From: Mytilus edulis
Lineage: Eukaryota
Reading direction: 5' to 3'
DNA: 64,000 nt
Assembly (NCBI RefSeq): GCF_963676685.1
Contig: NC_092353.1
Coordinates: 12,958,001 to 13,022,000, forward strand
Part shown: one piece after another, positions 50,910 through 64,000 of the stretch
How the letters are laid out: each line of letters opens with the position of its first letter
Numbering within the stretch: position 1 is the stretch's first letter
Made by a program: the position numbers and the translations under genes
Notes under the pieces: generated by a model
The model's input: only the letters and a program-made list of their open reading frames with translations
What the model was told of the DNA's origin: nothing
Database searches by the model: none

Positions 50910-53666
50910 TCCATGTTCTAAAGATTCATTACTACAAAGTCTAAATTTGGTAATACATGTCTTATAAATAACTGGTCCGAGACCACAGTTATTCCGTAGT
51001 GCAAATCATAGAGACAATAAATGAATTAAAAAATCTAATCTTTCTGAATAATATTTTAAAAATGTGTTGTACTACTTTTGGGACAAATTTTATCAGAGTT
51101 TTAGAACACTGCATCGCTTTTTACTCAAAATATGGATGCATTTATGTTAAAGGAGCCTTAAAATCTGTCTTACAGCTTCCGAAATGCTAATTGTTTACTT
51201 TTAAGCTGGACCAAATCACTACTTTACTTTCGAATTTATGACCAAATTTATTTTCTAAAAGTGTAATTGCATTATATGTGAGAAATAAACATGAAGAAAT
51301 GCATTTGGAAGGGATATGTGAGACATAAACATGAAGAAATACATTTGGAAGGGATATAAAACAAATTGCAAGTAACACACAGTCAACACTAGGGACTGAT
51401 TATCAGTAAACAGTACTGGAGAGGTTACATGTACAACTAGTATCTAAAAGTTATCCTTGGTTATACCAAACTCATTTTCAATAAAATACAAATACAACCA
51501 ATTTGTCTTATGACTAGGCCATTTTTGTAAATCAGCATATAAAAAAATGTTAAATCTAACAAACATGAAATTCCTTATTTTCTTTATAACACAATTCGTT
51601 AGAGATTTAAGCATGTTTGATCCTGTGTTTCAAAATAACCTTTTAAAGACAATAACACATAGAAGATGATTAATGACAGATATTTAAAAAGAAGAAAAAT
51701 ATGTAAAGGTCAGTGTCCATGTTTCCTCTTGATATTTTCTCTCGATATTTCATAATTTTTACATTGGCATCTTTTGCTTTCACAAATTATCACGAAATAA
51801 CAAGGATTTAAAAAAAAAACTTTTGAACTATTTAAATAATGTTAATAAAAGAAGAGATTATTGAGCAAAATTGGTATTGGCAATACATAGATAAAACTAG
51901 AGGATTCTAGATAACTGACAAAACCTATAGAAGCAAACAATCCAAAAAAAGGTTGTCTATTCAATATTAAGAATGAACAAATAACCATGATAATGGTAAA
52001 TCGACTTGGAAAATGATGGTTTCGAGAAAGAATCTTTAAAAACTATTAACCAAGTCTTAAGACAAAAAGAAAAATACTTATGTATCCCTACAAAACAACA
52101 AATTTCTTCATTCTTTGTTTTGTTTCTGATAAGATTTTCCCTGAATGATTGATAAAATTAAATAATAACTAACAGATGAGCATATATGTTACTCAAAACT
52201 GGCTTTTATTTCAACTTGGAATTATTTTTGATTATGAAATTTACAAATTTTCTTTTGTTTGAAATGTTTAATAAATTACATGTTTATTCTGTTCATAAAT
52301 GTTTTTTGCTGTACACAACACTTTCTATTACAAAGAGGATCAAAAATGTTCAATAGAATGCACTGTAACACGCACAACACTATCTATACAACATACATTG
52401 TATGGAAAGTGTTAGTGAACCGCTCAAATCATTATACTACCAAATAAACATGGAATTTATTAGAAATTTCAAGCCCATTAAATTATACAAATTCCATAAT
52501 TAAAGATAATTCCAAGTTCAAAAAATGATAGCCTGTTGTAAGCAAAATGCATATCAGACTATGATATATAATTAACAGTCCTGTGTAGAAATATAATATA
52601 TTTGTAACCTGAGAATCTAGAATTTCAAGGAGACTTTCTGTTAAAATAGTCCTACAAAATACATGTATTAACATCTTTCTTCTAGAAACTCCTTTCAACC
52701 AATTACTGCCAAATGATGTTTTCCAAAACGTAATGTGATTCTGTCTTTTAAAGATCACCCTATGTATCATTTTTTGTACACATACCAATAAAACAACAAG
52801 CAAACTTAAAACAAAATAATTACGATTCACCCGCTTCGTGTGGACGAATCTTTCCAAAGTTGGCGGTTGTCTTATGTCACATTAATTTATTTCATTTTCT
52901 AATAAATCTTTGACAGATCTTTGATAATATCTGTTATGTTTAATCCAGTACTGGTAGTTTTCATCAAGGGCATACGATACAGATTTGATCCCACGGAGAT
53001 TTTTAATACGAACATATTTACCTAGTCAATTTAAATATACAATAAACAACAAACCTGCATGTACGTCTTTAAGAGATACATGGGTCGAATATTTTGGACC
53101 TTAATACAAATTTTCGTTTATTTGAACAGTTCCATCCTTTGGATAGACAAACATTACTTGTTTTGCTGAAAATATTAACACAAGTGGAGTTTTGTAAAAA
53201 TACATATTTAAAATCTTCTTTATATAAGTATGTTGTAAATTTGCAAAACTGTTCTTGAGAAATAATTAATTTTTATCAGAGTTTCATGACATTAGAAAAT
53301 AAAATCATGTTTACTGTATGCATTTATCTGATTGATAAAAAAAACTAATTAATCGGCGACTTTTTCTTTTAAAAAAAATGGTACAATAATCTTCACACGA
53401 AATCAAACGTTATGTCATGGTAAAAACGAGGGGTCCATGAACTCGTTTTTCAATTAAAACAGTCTGAATGATAAAAGTCGGCCGAAAAATACATCTTTTG
53501 TCGATATATCACCGTATGATGTCGCGAAAAATAACATTTTACGTTAGCAATGTCATTACCTCCCCTGGAATTGTTTCGTATGCCCTAAAATGTTGGTCAA
53601 TTAAATACATTAACATTTATAGAAAGCATCTCATAAATATAAGCTGTTTGCTTATTTATCGTACTT

Positions 53667-56600
53667 TCACCATGTTTGAAAAGGTGGAAGGTTATCTGTA
53701 TGGAAACATATTGTTTGTCCATTATTCTTGAATGATGCCCAGCAAAATATTTTTTTTGCAGATACTTTGTGACCAGTGAGAACTCCACATTCACTACACA
53801 GGTGGTAAAGTTCAGGATTTGAAAGCTGTATATCAAATGTAACCGTTTGATCATAAACTATAAGCTTCTTATATGGATCGTAGTAACCATATTCTCTCCC
53901 GGACAGAATTTTCACTATAAATCGTGTTGAACTGCTTTTATCCGGAGGAGTTCCTTTTCCTATGCCTACTAGTTTTGGATTGTATGTTCTTAGACATGCC
54001 CCATATGGCTTTTCATGTTCTGTAGGTCTTTCAAGATCATTTGGTTCTGTATCACTCATTTGAACTTCAACAATATATGATGCATTTAATAGCTTACACA
54101 TGTGTTTATGGTGTATCCAGTGGTTAGTCTGACACTCTCTAGAACAATATTTTGCCTTCTTGCATCTTGAACAAAATTTCAAGTGCTGAGATATTTTTCT
54201 ACAAAAACAACAGGTTTCGGTCATACAGAATATGTCCTGTGGGTGTAGTATTCCTCTTTCGTTGTTGTTTAGCACATTAGTACTAAATATAAAAGGATTT
54301 CTTGATTCTCCGTCCTTTTCACCATCTCCTACAAGAATGGGTTGTATTTTCAAACATGTTTTTAATGAGTTTTCAATAGAACTAACTGTATAAATTCCTG
54401 GACCAATATGATCTCGTATGGTGTTTCCATTAATAAAAACTGCTGCAGTATAGTTGATTCCAATTCTAATCCCACCACATTTGTTTTCAGAAATATCATT
54501 ATCTAGAATATAGCTGTAAGATCTCGATTTCACCATCATCCCCCAGAGCCAGTTAGATATTATTTTATTTCCTTTGACTTCAAAGTAACCGCCATCGAGT
54601 GAAATGCCTGACAAACCATTTTGTCTGATAATATTATCACAGAGAACAGCTCTAGAAGCACCTTCTTCTTTCATTTTCATTGAATCATCTTGTGTATAAT
54701 TTCCACCACTCCAGACTCCTTCCGCTCCATTTCCCTGAATTATATTGCCACTTATATATCCATATCCATTTGGTCCAATAGCAATACCATGAGTCTGATT
54801 GCCTGAAATTATATTATTTATAGCTCTGATTGTACCACCTTCTCTTGTTTCAATTCCTACTTGCCTCATATTACGTATAATGCAGTTCCTGATTTCCGTT
54901 AATGATCCATTCCCGCATGACAAAATACCACCACCGCCACATCTGTCTAAAACACACGATTCTACATATGCAATTCCACCGTCTGATATACAAATACCTG
55001 CAAAACCAGTTTCTCCGACACTTTTATTAGCAAAGGTCAAAAGGCCTAACTGATAATTCATTTTGCATAATGATTGATTTATGCACCCTTCGTCCCCTTT
55101 GCATCTAGGAAAATATTCACAACCTTTTTGTCCGTTTGAAAACTTGCATTTGTAAAATGATGCAACAGAATTGTTGCTTACTGTTATCTGACACCCTCCT
55201 TTGAGAAATTTGATATTTTCAAAATGCGCATGAATAACTTTTTCAGGTTCAATATCTACTGTTAAAATATCCTCGGGTAGTCGACAAATATTAAAACTTT
55301 CTCCTGTATCAATTTCAACACCTTCTTCAACGCCAATGACTAAAATGCTTTTGGTGGTGGTTAGTATTTCTTTAATTTCATAAAGACCTCGTCTCAACAT
55401 GAGGGTTGTAAATGGTCTATCTATTAGGGACATTATTTCGTGACATAACTGTTCTGGCTGCTCAATCATTTTATAATTTATTATTGGATAACAAATTTTC
55501 ATCTTATATTCACAAAGACAAAGTTTATTTTTATATACTGCAATGCAAGCAGAGGCTAAGCCGATAGCTTCTAAATTTGAAGAAAGTAATCCTGTCTCTA
55601 CCAATCCGGAAACTGAATAAGCTTTCCAGCAGTATCCTTTCCAATTATCTGGTGCAATCTCAATGCATCTACTGGCGTCGAGCAATGCATGTTCATAATC
55701 TTTGATATTAATGTATGATAAGCTTCTATTCGCGTAGAGTCTACTATCAATATTGTCTGTAATACAAGACCGTATTCCCTCAGTATAATACTGAATAGCA
55801 TCATGGTACCTATGTTCTTCAAAAGCTTTATTTCCAATCTCTCTTAATGTTTCTGAATTGTACATGACAACAGATGATGACGAATCAATTATTTCTTTAC
55901 TGTTCTTATGTATTACGGACGCCAGACATTCTAGAATCATCTCCCTGTCTTTCTGTAATAATGGAATTGTTACGCTCGTTGGCTCATGGAAGTATTTAGT
56001 GTCAAATTTTAATTTTGGAATAAGTTTAAACATTTGTTCTTGATCAGCAAGTGCTAGCGCTTGTCGCTGATTTATACTATGGTAAAGAGCTGTTGTTTGC
56101 AGTATCTTTAACATTTGGTCATTAAGGCATATATTTTGCCTCATTTTATTGTATTTCACAAAATGTGACAAATGTAATTTAAGTGTATTGGCATTGACTG
56201 CTAACTTTCTCCATTTAAACAGAGATCCGCGTGTCGTAACTTTGTTATTATCCAGTTGAAGTACGTGATTTGGAGAAACGCTTGAGTCTATTGCTTTTTT
56301 AACCATACGTAAAGCATGTTGAAGAATACAATGACGACGGTTATTATTCATAGTGTCTCTTATTAGCTCTTGAACGAGTCTGTGTATAGAAATGCTCTTA
56401 TCTTTAACAAATTTGAATAATGAGAATCTAGTTAATATTTCAATAACTTGTCTGCATCCAATATCATCATAGAGTTCTTCTTTGAGATTGCAATCTGCAA
56501 CGACCGTATGCCCAATATTGAACATGTCTGTCGGGATATCATCGGCAAACAAATAAGATGCTATTTCCATGACGGTTATAGCAGCTGATCCCAATATTTC

Positions 56601-59600
56601 AATTTCTGATATGTATTCGATATTAAGTTGCCAAGTAGTTGCAACTGCAAGCTTATCCTTGCTTATTTTCTCCAGAGGTGGAGTTGTTTTTAGCAGCTCC
56701 ATTCTTTTTTTCTCGAATTTATTGAAATAGTTAGCAAATGAACATTTTATACTTTTAATATGAGCAGCTGCTTGTTCTAATGCTAACGGTAATCCACCAA
56801 GCTGATCAACAAGTGATATGACTGTTCTGTCTTCTCTGTTGTCACTTTTACTTGCTCTCATCTTTACAAATTCTAATGCTTCTGTTGTGTCAAATAAAGG
56901 GAGGCGAATACAGTCTTCCAGCTTGACCATCATTGACTCTAAAATTTTCTTTGCGTCTAGTCTCGTAGTAATGATGATATGTCCATTAGTATTCACTCTC
57001 CATTGTCCTACCAATAACTCTTTTGTATAATCAGAAAGATGTTCTTCATCTGCATTGTCAACGATCAAAAGCCATCTTTGATTTAAATTTGAAAACCAAG
57101 TAAGAGTCCTCTTAAATGTTTCCCTAAAGTCTTTCCCTGATGTGCTTACATCAATTGAAAGTGTTGTAATCGAATCCAATAAATAATTTTCAGATTCTGC
57201 AGACATCCAAAAAACACCACCGTCATAAAATTCTTGAGATCTCCATGCAAATTCTGCGGCAAGCGTTGTTTTGCCACATCCACGTACTCCGCATAAAACC
57301 AATGTATGGCTGCTGTTTCCTTTTTCGACAAACCTGCGGTTAATTTGACTCATTTCTTTTTCGCGAGCAACAAAATATTCTGACCGATTGGGTGGGTAAA
57401 AAAAGATTTTACCCATAGGTTTAGTTTTCGACATATAGATTTGAAAATCGCCAATGTCCTTTTTCATTGCAGTAATGTCACTCTTAATATTCAATATATC
57501 TTCAGTTGTCTCTATTACGTCATCTGCAAGTTGTTCTACTATATTCATAACTGGTGTGTCCTTAATGAGTTTGTCGGCACCTTGAGTAACATCTGGTATT
57601 TTGGTTATTCTACCAAGACACTGGCCATGTTTTGGCTTAGTATTTTCAGACGGTCGTTTATTAAAGATGGTAACAGCTTTATTCATTTCATTCAATGATT
57701 TGATTTGTTCAATTTGTTTATATTCAATATCATCGACACGCTGACAAACAGAATCCATTTTACCATTTATTCTTAATAAAGCCTCGTGTACTTTCATGTA
57801 TGTTGAGTCCTGACCTGATCTCATTTTGACCGCGTTTTCTGTAAGAACCTGTGTTTGTTGTGTTAGTTCAGTAACAACATGTTGGTCAACAGCATTACCT
57901 TGCAAAAACATAAACCCTGAAATAAAACCAAAATCATCAAAAGTCCATTGTCTAAGTGAAATATCTGTCTGATCTAATTCAAAGATATAATTATTATCGT
58001 TTTGCATAATAACATTACATTAGTAGATTGTGAGATAATATAACAACCGTTAAAGAGAAATAAAACTTTCATAAGAGGGCAAAGTAACAATAAATTGTTC
58101 CTTGCATATAAAGCAATATTATCAAGTTTGCTGATCATTTAATTGAATCAACTAATTACGAATGATGTGGCTTGATGTTCCTGCACAATATTTTTGGGAA
58201 AAAATGCCAATATTATCAGGAGTGCAACACTTTTTTGTGAGAATTTGAAAAAAAACCTTTTTTTAAAGGCACAGGAAATTGTTGTATGCAGGTATGAGAT
58301 TTAAATTCTTGTTTGTTTTACAACTATTATGCCTAAGTGATGAAAGAGTTTATAATGAAGCCTTTATATTAAACCGTTTTGATACAGATGTGTTTGAAAA
58401 AAAAGCCAATATGTTGTTCTGTTGTGTTTTTTTTTCTTCTTCAAAAGATACACGATTGCCCTTCATAAAGTACCCTGATAAGACAAGGATTTTTTTCTGT
58501 TTGAACCATTTCTTTGATGTCACGAGTGCATCATTTTTAAAATGTGATTTTCTTGGACTTTGGATTTTAAGAGAATCGCTGCTCCTAGTGACCTGTTTAT
58601 ATCTTAACATGTTTTCGTACCATTTAGACTACATGTACATGTATGAGTTAAAATAAATTCATAAAGGTGAATGTCAAAGCAGGTCTTATATCTAAGAATT
58701 ATTGTTTGTCACAAGCCAAAACATCTCAATGATGAATTTACAAATTATTTTCATATTATTACAGCTTGTTGTTTTAATCTTTCTTTTTTTACTAGGAAAT
58801 AATCATAATTTAATTTAAAAGTTTTATTATGGTTTTATGTAAGACTCGGCAAATTGTTATAATTGTAACAAACAATTAATTTTGTTGCACTCCTGACATG
58901 AATTTACCATGACAGTTTTTTACATTTGCAAGTTAAATATTTATGATCTAACCTTTGCACGAATGAGAGATGGGAAAGATGGTTGTGAAAGTGAACGTAG
59001 AGCAAAAGCAGACAAGCTAAGTGCATACAAACCTATTGTAAAATCATGTCAGGAGTTCAACACAATTAATTGTTTGTTATTGCAGTTATAACTTAACTAG
59101 TATAAAATGACATGCATAAAACCATTTTGTTTTTTGAATTGAAATATGGTTATATCCTAATCAGAAGACAAAGATTATGACAAATGGCTTTCTAAATTTG
59201 AAAATAAAAATGCATCATTCAGATATTATTGCTTGTGACAAACAATAATTTTGGATCAAAGTCCTGCTTTGAAATTCACCTTTAACAATTTATTATAACT
59301 CATACATGAAGCCTCAATAGTAAGAAAACATACTTAAAGTCAAGTAAGTCACTAGTAGCTGAGATCATCTTAAAATGTAGGTCAAAGACAATAACATTTT
59401 AAAAATGTTGCATTCCTGACACCAAAAAAATGGTTCAGAAATAAAATACACTTGTCTATCAGGCAACTCTTTGTGTGCGATCTTGTATCTAGTGTAGTAT
59501 CTTTTGAAAAAAATAACAGAAACGTATACTGACTTGTGTATTTATGCAATGTGAGTCTTTAAACTTCAAAGTTGCACTCATGGCATTTAAAATACTTTCA

Positions 59601-62571
59601 AACATTATGTATATCAATAATCAGGTTAACAGTATTTATTATAGAAAGGACATAGGTGTTTTTTACAGGATTGACTTGGGTTTATGTTAAGGTGTGATTT
59701 ACGATATACCCATGCTTCCATTTCCTATCATGATTTTGTTAATAGAGAGTTGTTGCTCACAAGAAAGCTATTAAACCAAGAGTTCCAAATGGTGAAGATG
59801 AAATCATCCCTTCGCAAATTTTACGGACGCCATCACAAGTTGGTTGACCGTTATGGAATAACCGTTTTACAAATGATATCGGATATGTTTCTTACGTCGT
59901 AACTACAATCCCCTTCCCTTTCATGAATGTGACATACCGAATAAGACTATATACCGGATTTGTTACTACTTAAGCAACACGACGGGTCCCACATGTGGCG
60001 CAGGATCTGCTTACCATAAAGGAGCACCCGAGATCCTTATTCTTTAGTTTTCTATGTTGTGTCATGTCTTCTATTGTTTTTTGTTTATCTTTTTCATTTT
60101 TAGGCATGGCGTTGTCCTTTTATTTTAGATTTATGAGTTTGACTGTCCCTTTGGTATTGTTCGTCCCTCTTTTACATATTATATACATCTGTGGTACTAA
60201 CTATTGTGTTCACTTGTGTTGACAGGACAACACTTTTTTCAAAACACATCGGTATCGATCAATGGACAGGCGTCATTTGTAGCTAAAATCATCACTTAGA
60301 CATAATAATAGTTGTGATATGAATAAGCATATATGGCACATGTCATCATATTATAAGTTGTTGGGTCTTTATAAAAATGTCAAGAAAACGTGTTTAACTC
60401 CTGACAATTTTGGCATCTTTTTTTACATCATTTCTCAATACTTGAGATTTTCCAAAGATGTTTTCGGGATAAAAAAAAGGTTCTGACTGCTGGGCTGGTG
60501 ATAGTATCACCAGCCCAGCAGTCAGGACCTTTCCCTCTGGGAAATAAATCTCCACCAGCAGTGGCATCGACCCAGTGGTTGTAAATAATCTCATCATAGA
60601 TACCAGGACTAAATTTTGTATATACACCAGACGCGCGTTTCGTCTACAAGATTTAGTTTTTAGTTTGGTAACTTAAACTCATTTTAATAGTAATGTGTCA
60701 GAAAAAAAAACCAATTTAAATATGATCTGAAATGCATAAGATGTACAAGTTAAAATAGAAATAACATTCAAATGACAGATTTATGTCTTTATAAACCAGC
60801 AATGACAACAAATTTTAAAAACTCATGAGCATTTTGCTGTAGTTTCGGTAATTAACGTTTGTGTTGTGTATAATATATCAGGAGTGCTACATAAAGAGGG
60901 GACATTTGATTAATGGTCTCTTTGATATATCTGCTTAATTTTAAGATTTATCAATCAATTTCTTACCTCGACGAATTTTAAAAGGGGTTAACTCTAATAT
61001 GGAGAAGTGTTTGTTATCAACTCATTGAATAATTACTTTTAATCAAACTTTTTCAATCAACTTTAAATGAGTTGATAACAAAATAGCCAAAGACATATAA
61101 AAAAATGATAATCCGACAGAAGATTAATAATCTCTGTATCAAAAGTAATGTTTGGATCTCTGCAATCATTTAGGGTGAAAAAAAATTTGACAGTGTTCAT
61201 CTTAAATCACATTCCAAATTATGTATACTTGATATGTATTTTGGTTATTGGTTTATGTCAATAAAGCCAAATAAGGAATAATAGAACAAACTTCAAAGTC
61301 TCCCGCCTCATAGATACTTTAGATATATTCAGGGCCAATAACAGCAACAAAAAGAGATTTTTTTAATAATATCTAAGAGAAACAAAGGCTATAATGACCT
61401 TTAGTATAGTCGTTAACCTTTATGTTATTTGGTATCAGGTTGTCGTATTAACAATCATACTACATCGTCTCTCTTTTTTATATGGACGGCATATGCAATG
61501 CAATTTCTATTTTAAAGGAGCATACCTATTCTCAAAAATAAATACATTGATTTTCGAACCCGTCAAAGACATTGCCATTATGAACCTATGATATAAGGTT
61601 AATCAAAACCAGCATATGTACACATGAAAGGACTAATAATGCGATTTGCAATATAATAGATATTTAGAAGAGGCATAACTCTCTCAAAAGAAGTTGATCA
61701 GCAGTGATTTTCGATCTTATCCGAGACATGATTGTTGACATAAAAATTACGCCGATTTGTTACATTTAAATAGATTTATGACTACTGGATACTAATATTG
61801 TCTTTATATATATTTGATTCAAGTTTTGTAGGAATCTGGCAAGAATTTGTCGCTAGAGAGCCCTACAAATTAAACTTTTCATAAAATGTTACAAGATCGT
61901 ATATTCTAAAAGAAGAGCACGATACAATTTAGTAAAACCATGTCCTGTGCATACAAATACAGAGATATGGTATGTTTGGCAACGAAACAACTATTCGAGA
62001 GCCGTGATGTAGTGGCTAGTGACCTAATGCATCATTATTAAAAAAAAATGTTTAAACTAAATGAAATATCTATCCAACAAAATTCAGAAAAGTGGATAAA
62101 AACTGTTGTAGACAATAGTACGACCTTCAAAAACCCATTCCATTATGTCGGCTAAAACACGTTATTGTCATCGGTGAGTATTACCGTTGTCATTCTTACC
62201 TATGTTTTTTTTTAAAGAAAACAAAAACGATTAATGCCATGTAAGCTAAGACAGGGAATATGAATTTACTGCGGTATAGATGTATATGCATAGCTTCAGA
62301 TGTTGCTTGGTTACTGTCTCATTGCTTTATACTTCAATTATTTGTATTTAAAGATATATTTTTTACCATCATTCGAAATTTTACACGAACAGAGTATTAA
62401 GAAAAAACTTACCATTTGTTTCCCATTTAGTTAAATCTTCTAACACAAGTTTTGTGTCTGGTTCGTTCAAATTCAGACATTTTATGAGCTGGTGCATTAA
62501 TTGAAAGGACCTCTGATATGTAACAGTTACCCATTCGTCAAAGTCACAATGTGCCCAAGGATTCCGCACAT
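53667..62571 (-). CDS. NLR-like STAND NTPase: HEPN-like N-terminus, coiled coil, NB-ARC, TPR, right-handed beta-helix, MYND zinc finger (5'-partial; exons 62571-62413 and 57916-53667)
   Basis: Walker A GVRGCGKTTLA, Walker B WLLIVDNAD, IIITTR, GGLPLALEQAAA, IHRLVQ; TPR LREIGNKAFEEHRYHDAIQYYTEGI..LYANRS; repeated N.I..N...GI parallel beta-helix; MYND CCFC..CSRCKKAKYCSRECQTNHWIHHKHMC. The upstream exon (cag|AT GTG CGG AAT CCT TGG GCA CAT ... AAT G|gtaagt) splices in phase 1 to tttcag|GG TTT ATG at 57916. Confidence 0.88.
58580..59420. repeat. Large imperfect fold-back (inverted repeat) in the NLR-like gene intron
   Basis: 58581-58716 mirrors 59233-59358 and 58856-58900 mirrors 59043-59092; the motif TCAGGAGTGCAACA recurs. 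Confidence 0.65.
59700..60172 (+). mobile_element. 5'-truncated Penelope-like fragment
   Basis: Encodes ..LLTRKLLNQEFQMVKMKSSLRKFYGRHH..DMFLTS followed by the same 3' UTR as 42392-42690. Confidence 0.88.
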
Positions 62572-63402
62572 CTGAAAGAATCTGAAATTAATTGGTACAT
62601 ATAGTATAGCTTTTAAGAACCGAACATTAATGATGAAAGTAGATGATACATGCATGTAGCATTGTTTTAAAGATACGTTAACTAATACAAATAGTAATTG
62701 TACAGGATTTATTCATAATGCAGGACCACAGGTTATATGTATAAGCAAATTCCTGTGTAATAGTACAGTGACCAAAGACGTAAAAGGCATCTTAATTTAA
62801 AATTTTATGTAACCAAACAACACATGACCAAATACTATATTTCAACGGAAATTATCATACTTTTAGAACAGTCCTGTCATGAAAATTAAATAATCACGGT
62901 TTGTAATTATGGTTGAACTTAAAATTTAAAGTTTTAAAGTACCCAAGACAATAATGAATGACAAAAAAATATCGAATTATATTTCTTGAATTTGAATAAC
63001 AATCGTTAAGTCAAAATGAAGTTTCAAGCTTTAACACATATTTTATATATGTACGCGTTTCTTACTATCTATATTTATATTTGTTTGTTGGTAATCTGTT
63101 TCGTTAAAAAACTTTCGTATGTATGACACGGCGACATGGATTAACTAAACACATGAATAGACAGACCTATCACAAAGGGTAGGTATCGAAATGCTAGCTG
63201 TACCACAAACTATATCTATCTGACAGTTATAATTCAAATTTGTTTTTCAAAATTGTGTACTGGATTCTGTTTTGGGATCATCAATTTTTTGTATAAATTT
63301 CATAAAATTTAATTTCAAATTGACAAAGTTATTGATGTCTAAATAACTTTAAAAACAGACTGAACCTAAATATAAACGACACCGACTCCACCGTCGAATA
63401 TA

Positions 63403-63590
63403 TAAAAAAGAAGATGTGGCATGATTGTCAATGAGACAACTATCCACAAAAGACCAAAATGACACAAACATTAACAACTATAGGTCACCGTACGGCCTTC
63501 AACAATGAGCATATCCCATACCGCATAGTCAGCTTTAAAAGGCCCCGATAAGACAATGTAAAACAATTCAAACGAGAAAACTAACGGCCT
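63403..63590 (+). repeat. Short interspersed repeat copy
   Basis: Same family as the inverted pair at 5290-5572. Confidence 0.65.
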
Positions 63591-63664
63591 GAAGTCTGAA
63601 TCTAGTAGTTTGGTATCACCAGCTTAGTATTGAATCTTGTACATGTACATATACCGTATATTTA

Positions 63665-63790
63665 AGAGATAACTGAATTGTATTTGAAGCTTTAAGGACG
63701 TCCATCGGTAGTTTTACTGTCGTAAATTTAGTTTACCTGGCGACGCGTAGCTTCAAATACAATTCAGTTATCTCTATTATAATGCAAAAC
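63665..63790. repeat. Hairpin element related to the 23878-24211 insertion
   Basis: 27-bp perfect arms AGAGATAACTGAATTGTATTTGAAGCT / AGCTTCAAATACAATTCAGTTATCTCT; the loop GTTTACCTGGCGACGCGTAGC matches the reverse complement of the insertion's loop. Confidence 0.7.
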
Positions 63791-64000
63791 AAGTTCATAA
63801 TTAAATTTTAATCATTATTTCAGTGTAAAATCTTCATTGTTGTCTTTAGAAAAGATGTCATCTTTTTTGGTCCCTAAATTAGGTGACGTCATAGTTCTGC
63901 TGCCGGCGTCAAACATAAGCACCGTTTTCTGGCTTCTGGGCCGCTTCAGAATGACATAACATTTGATAAAAAAAAGAAGATGTTAAGGTGCAACATGTAA

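Noticed and set aside
53667-57916. Bacterial contamination or recent horizontal transfer of the long intronless STAND ORF
   Set aside because: It has a spliceosomal upstream exon, a eukaryotic MYND finger, host-like AT content and flanking animal repeats.
57917-58007. N-terminal 30 aa of the 1446-aa ORF as the true start
   Set aside because: A tttcag acceptor at 57917 joins the upstream exon in phase, so this stretch is most likely intron read-through.

Overview
AT-rich, intron-containing animal DNA; the repeat families and protein types suggest a bivalve such as Mytilus (inference only). From left to right: (1) two tandem minus-strand kyphoscoliosis-peptidase/hillarin-like (transglutaminase-fold) genes with matching exon structure (about 0.5-11.5 kb). 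(2) A roughly 30 kb nest of mobile elements. A decayed BEL/Pao LTR retrotransposon (18731-32753, GGTTT TSD) is interrupted by a tandem dimer of a DNA transposon bounded by about 470-bp long direct repeats. Each unit encodes a DDE transposase and, convergently, a His-Me finger (I-PpoI-like) endonuclease (21986-30225; KolobokP-type architecture). Next, an Academ-like element hosts a second, RT/integrase-deleted BEL element (36526-45695, CTGGT TSD), which in turn holds another Academ-like element and a Penelope-like retroelement with an open GIY-YIG-before-RT frame. (3) The 3' part of a minus-strand NLR-like STAND gene (HEPN-like RxxxxH exon, coiled coil, NB-ARC, TPR, beta-helix, MYND). The most notable items are the direct-repeat transposon dimer, whose pre-insertion site is preserved elsewhere in the window and shows an unusual junction, and the HEPN-NB-ARC-TPR-beta-helix-MYND receptor. 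All calls come from reading motifs by eye; no database searches were run.
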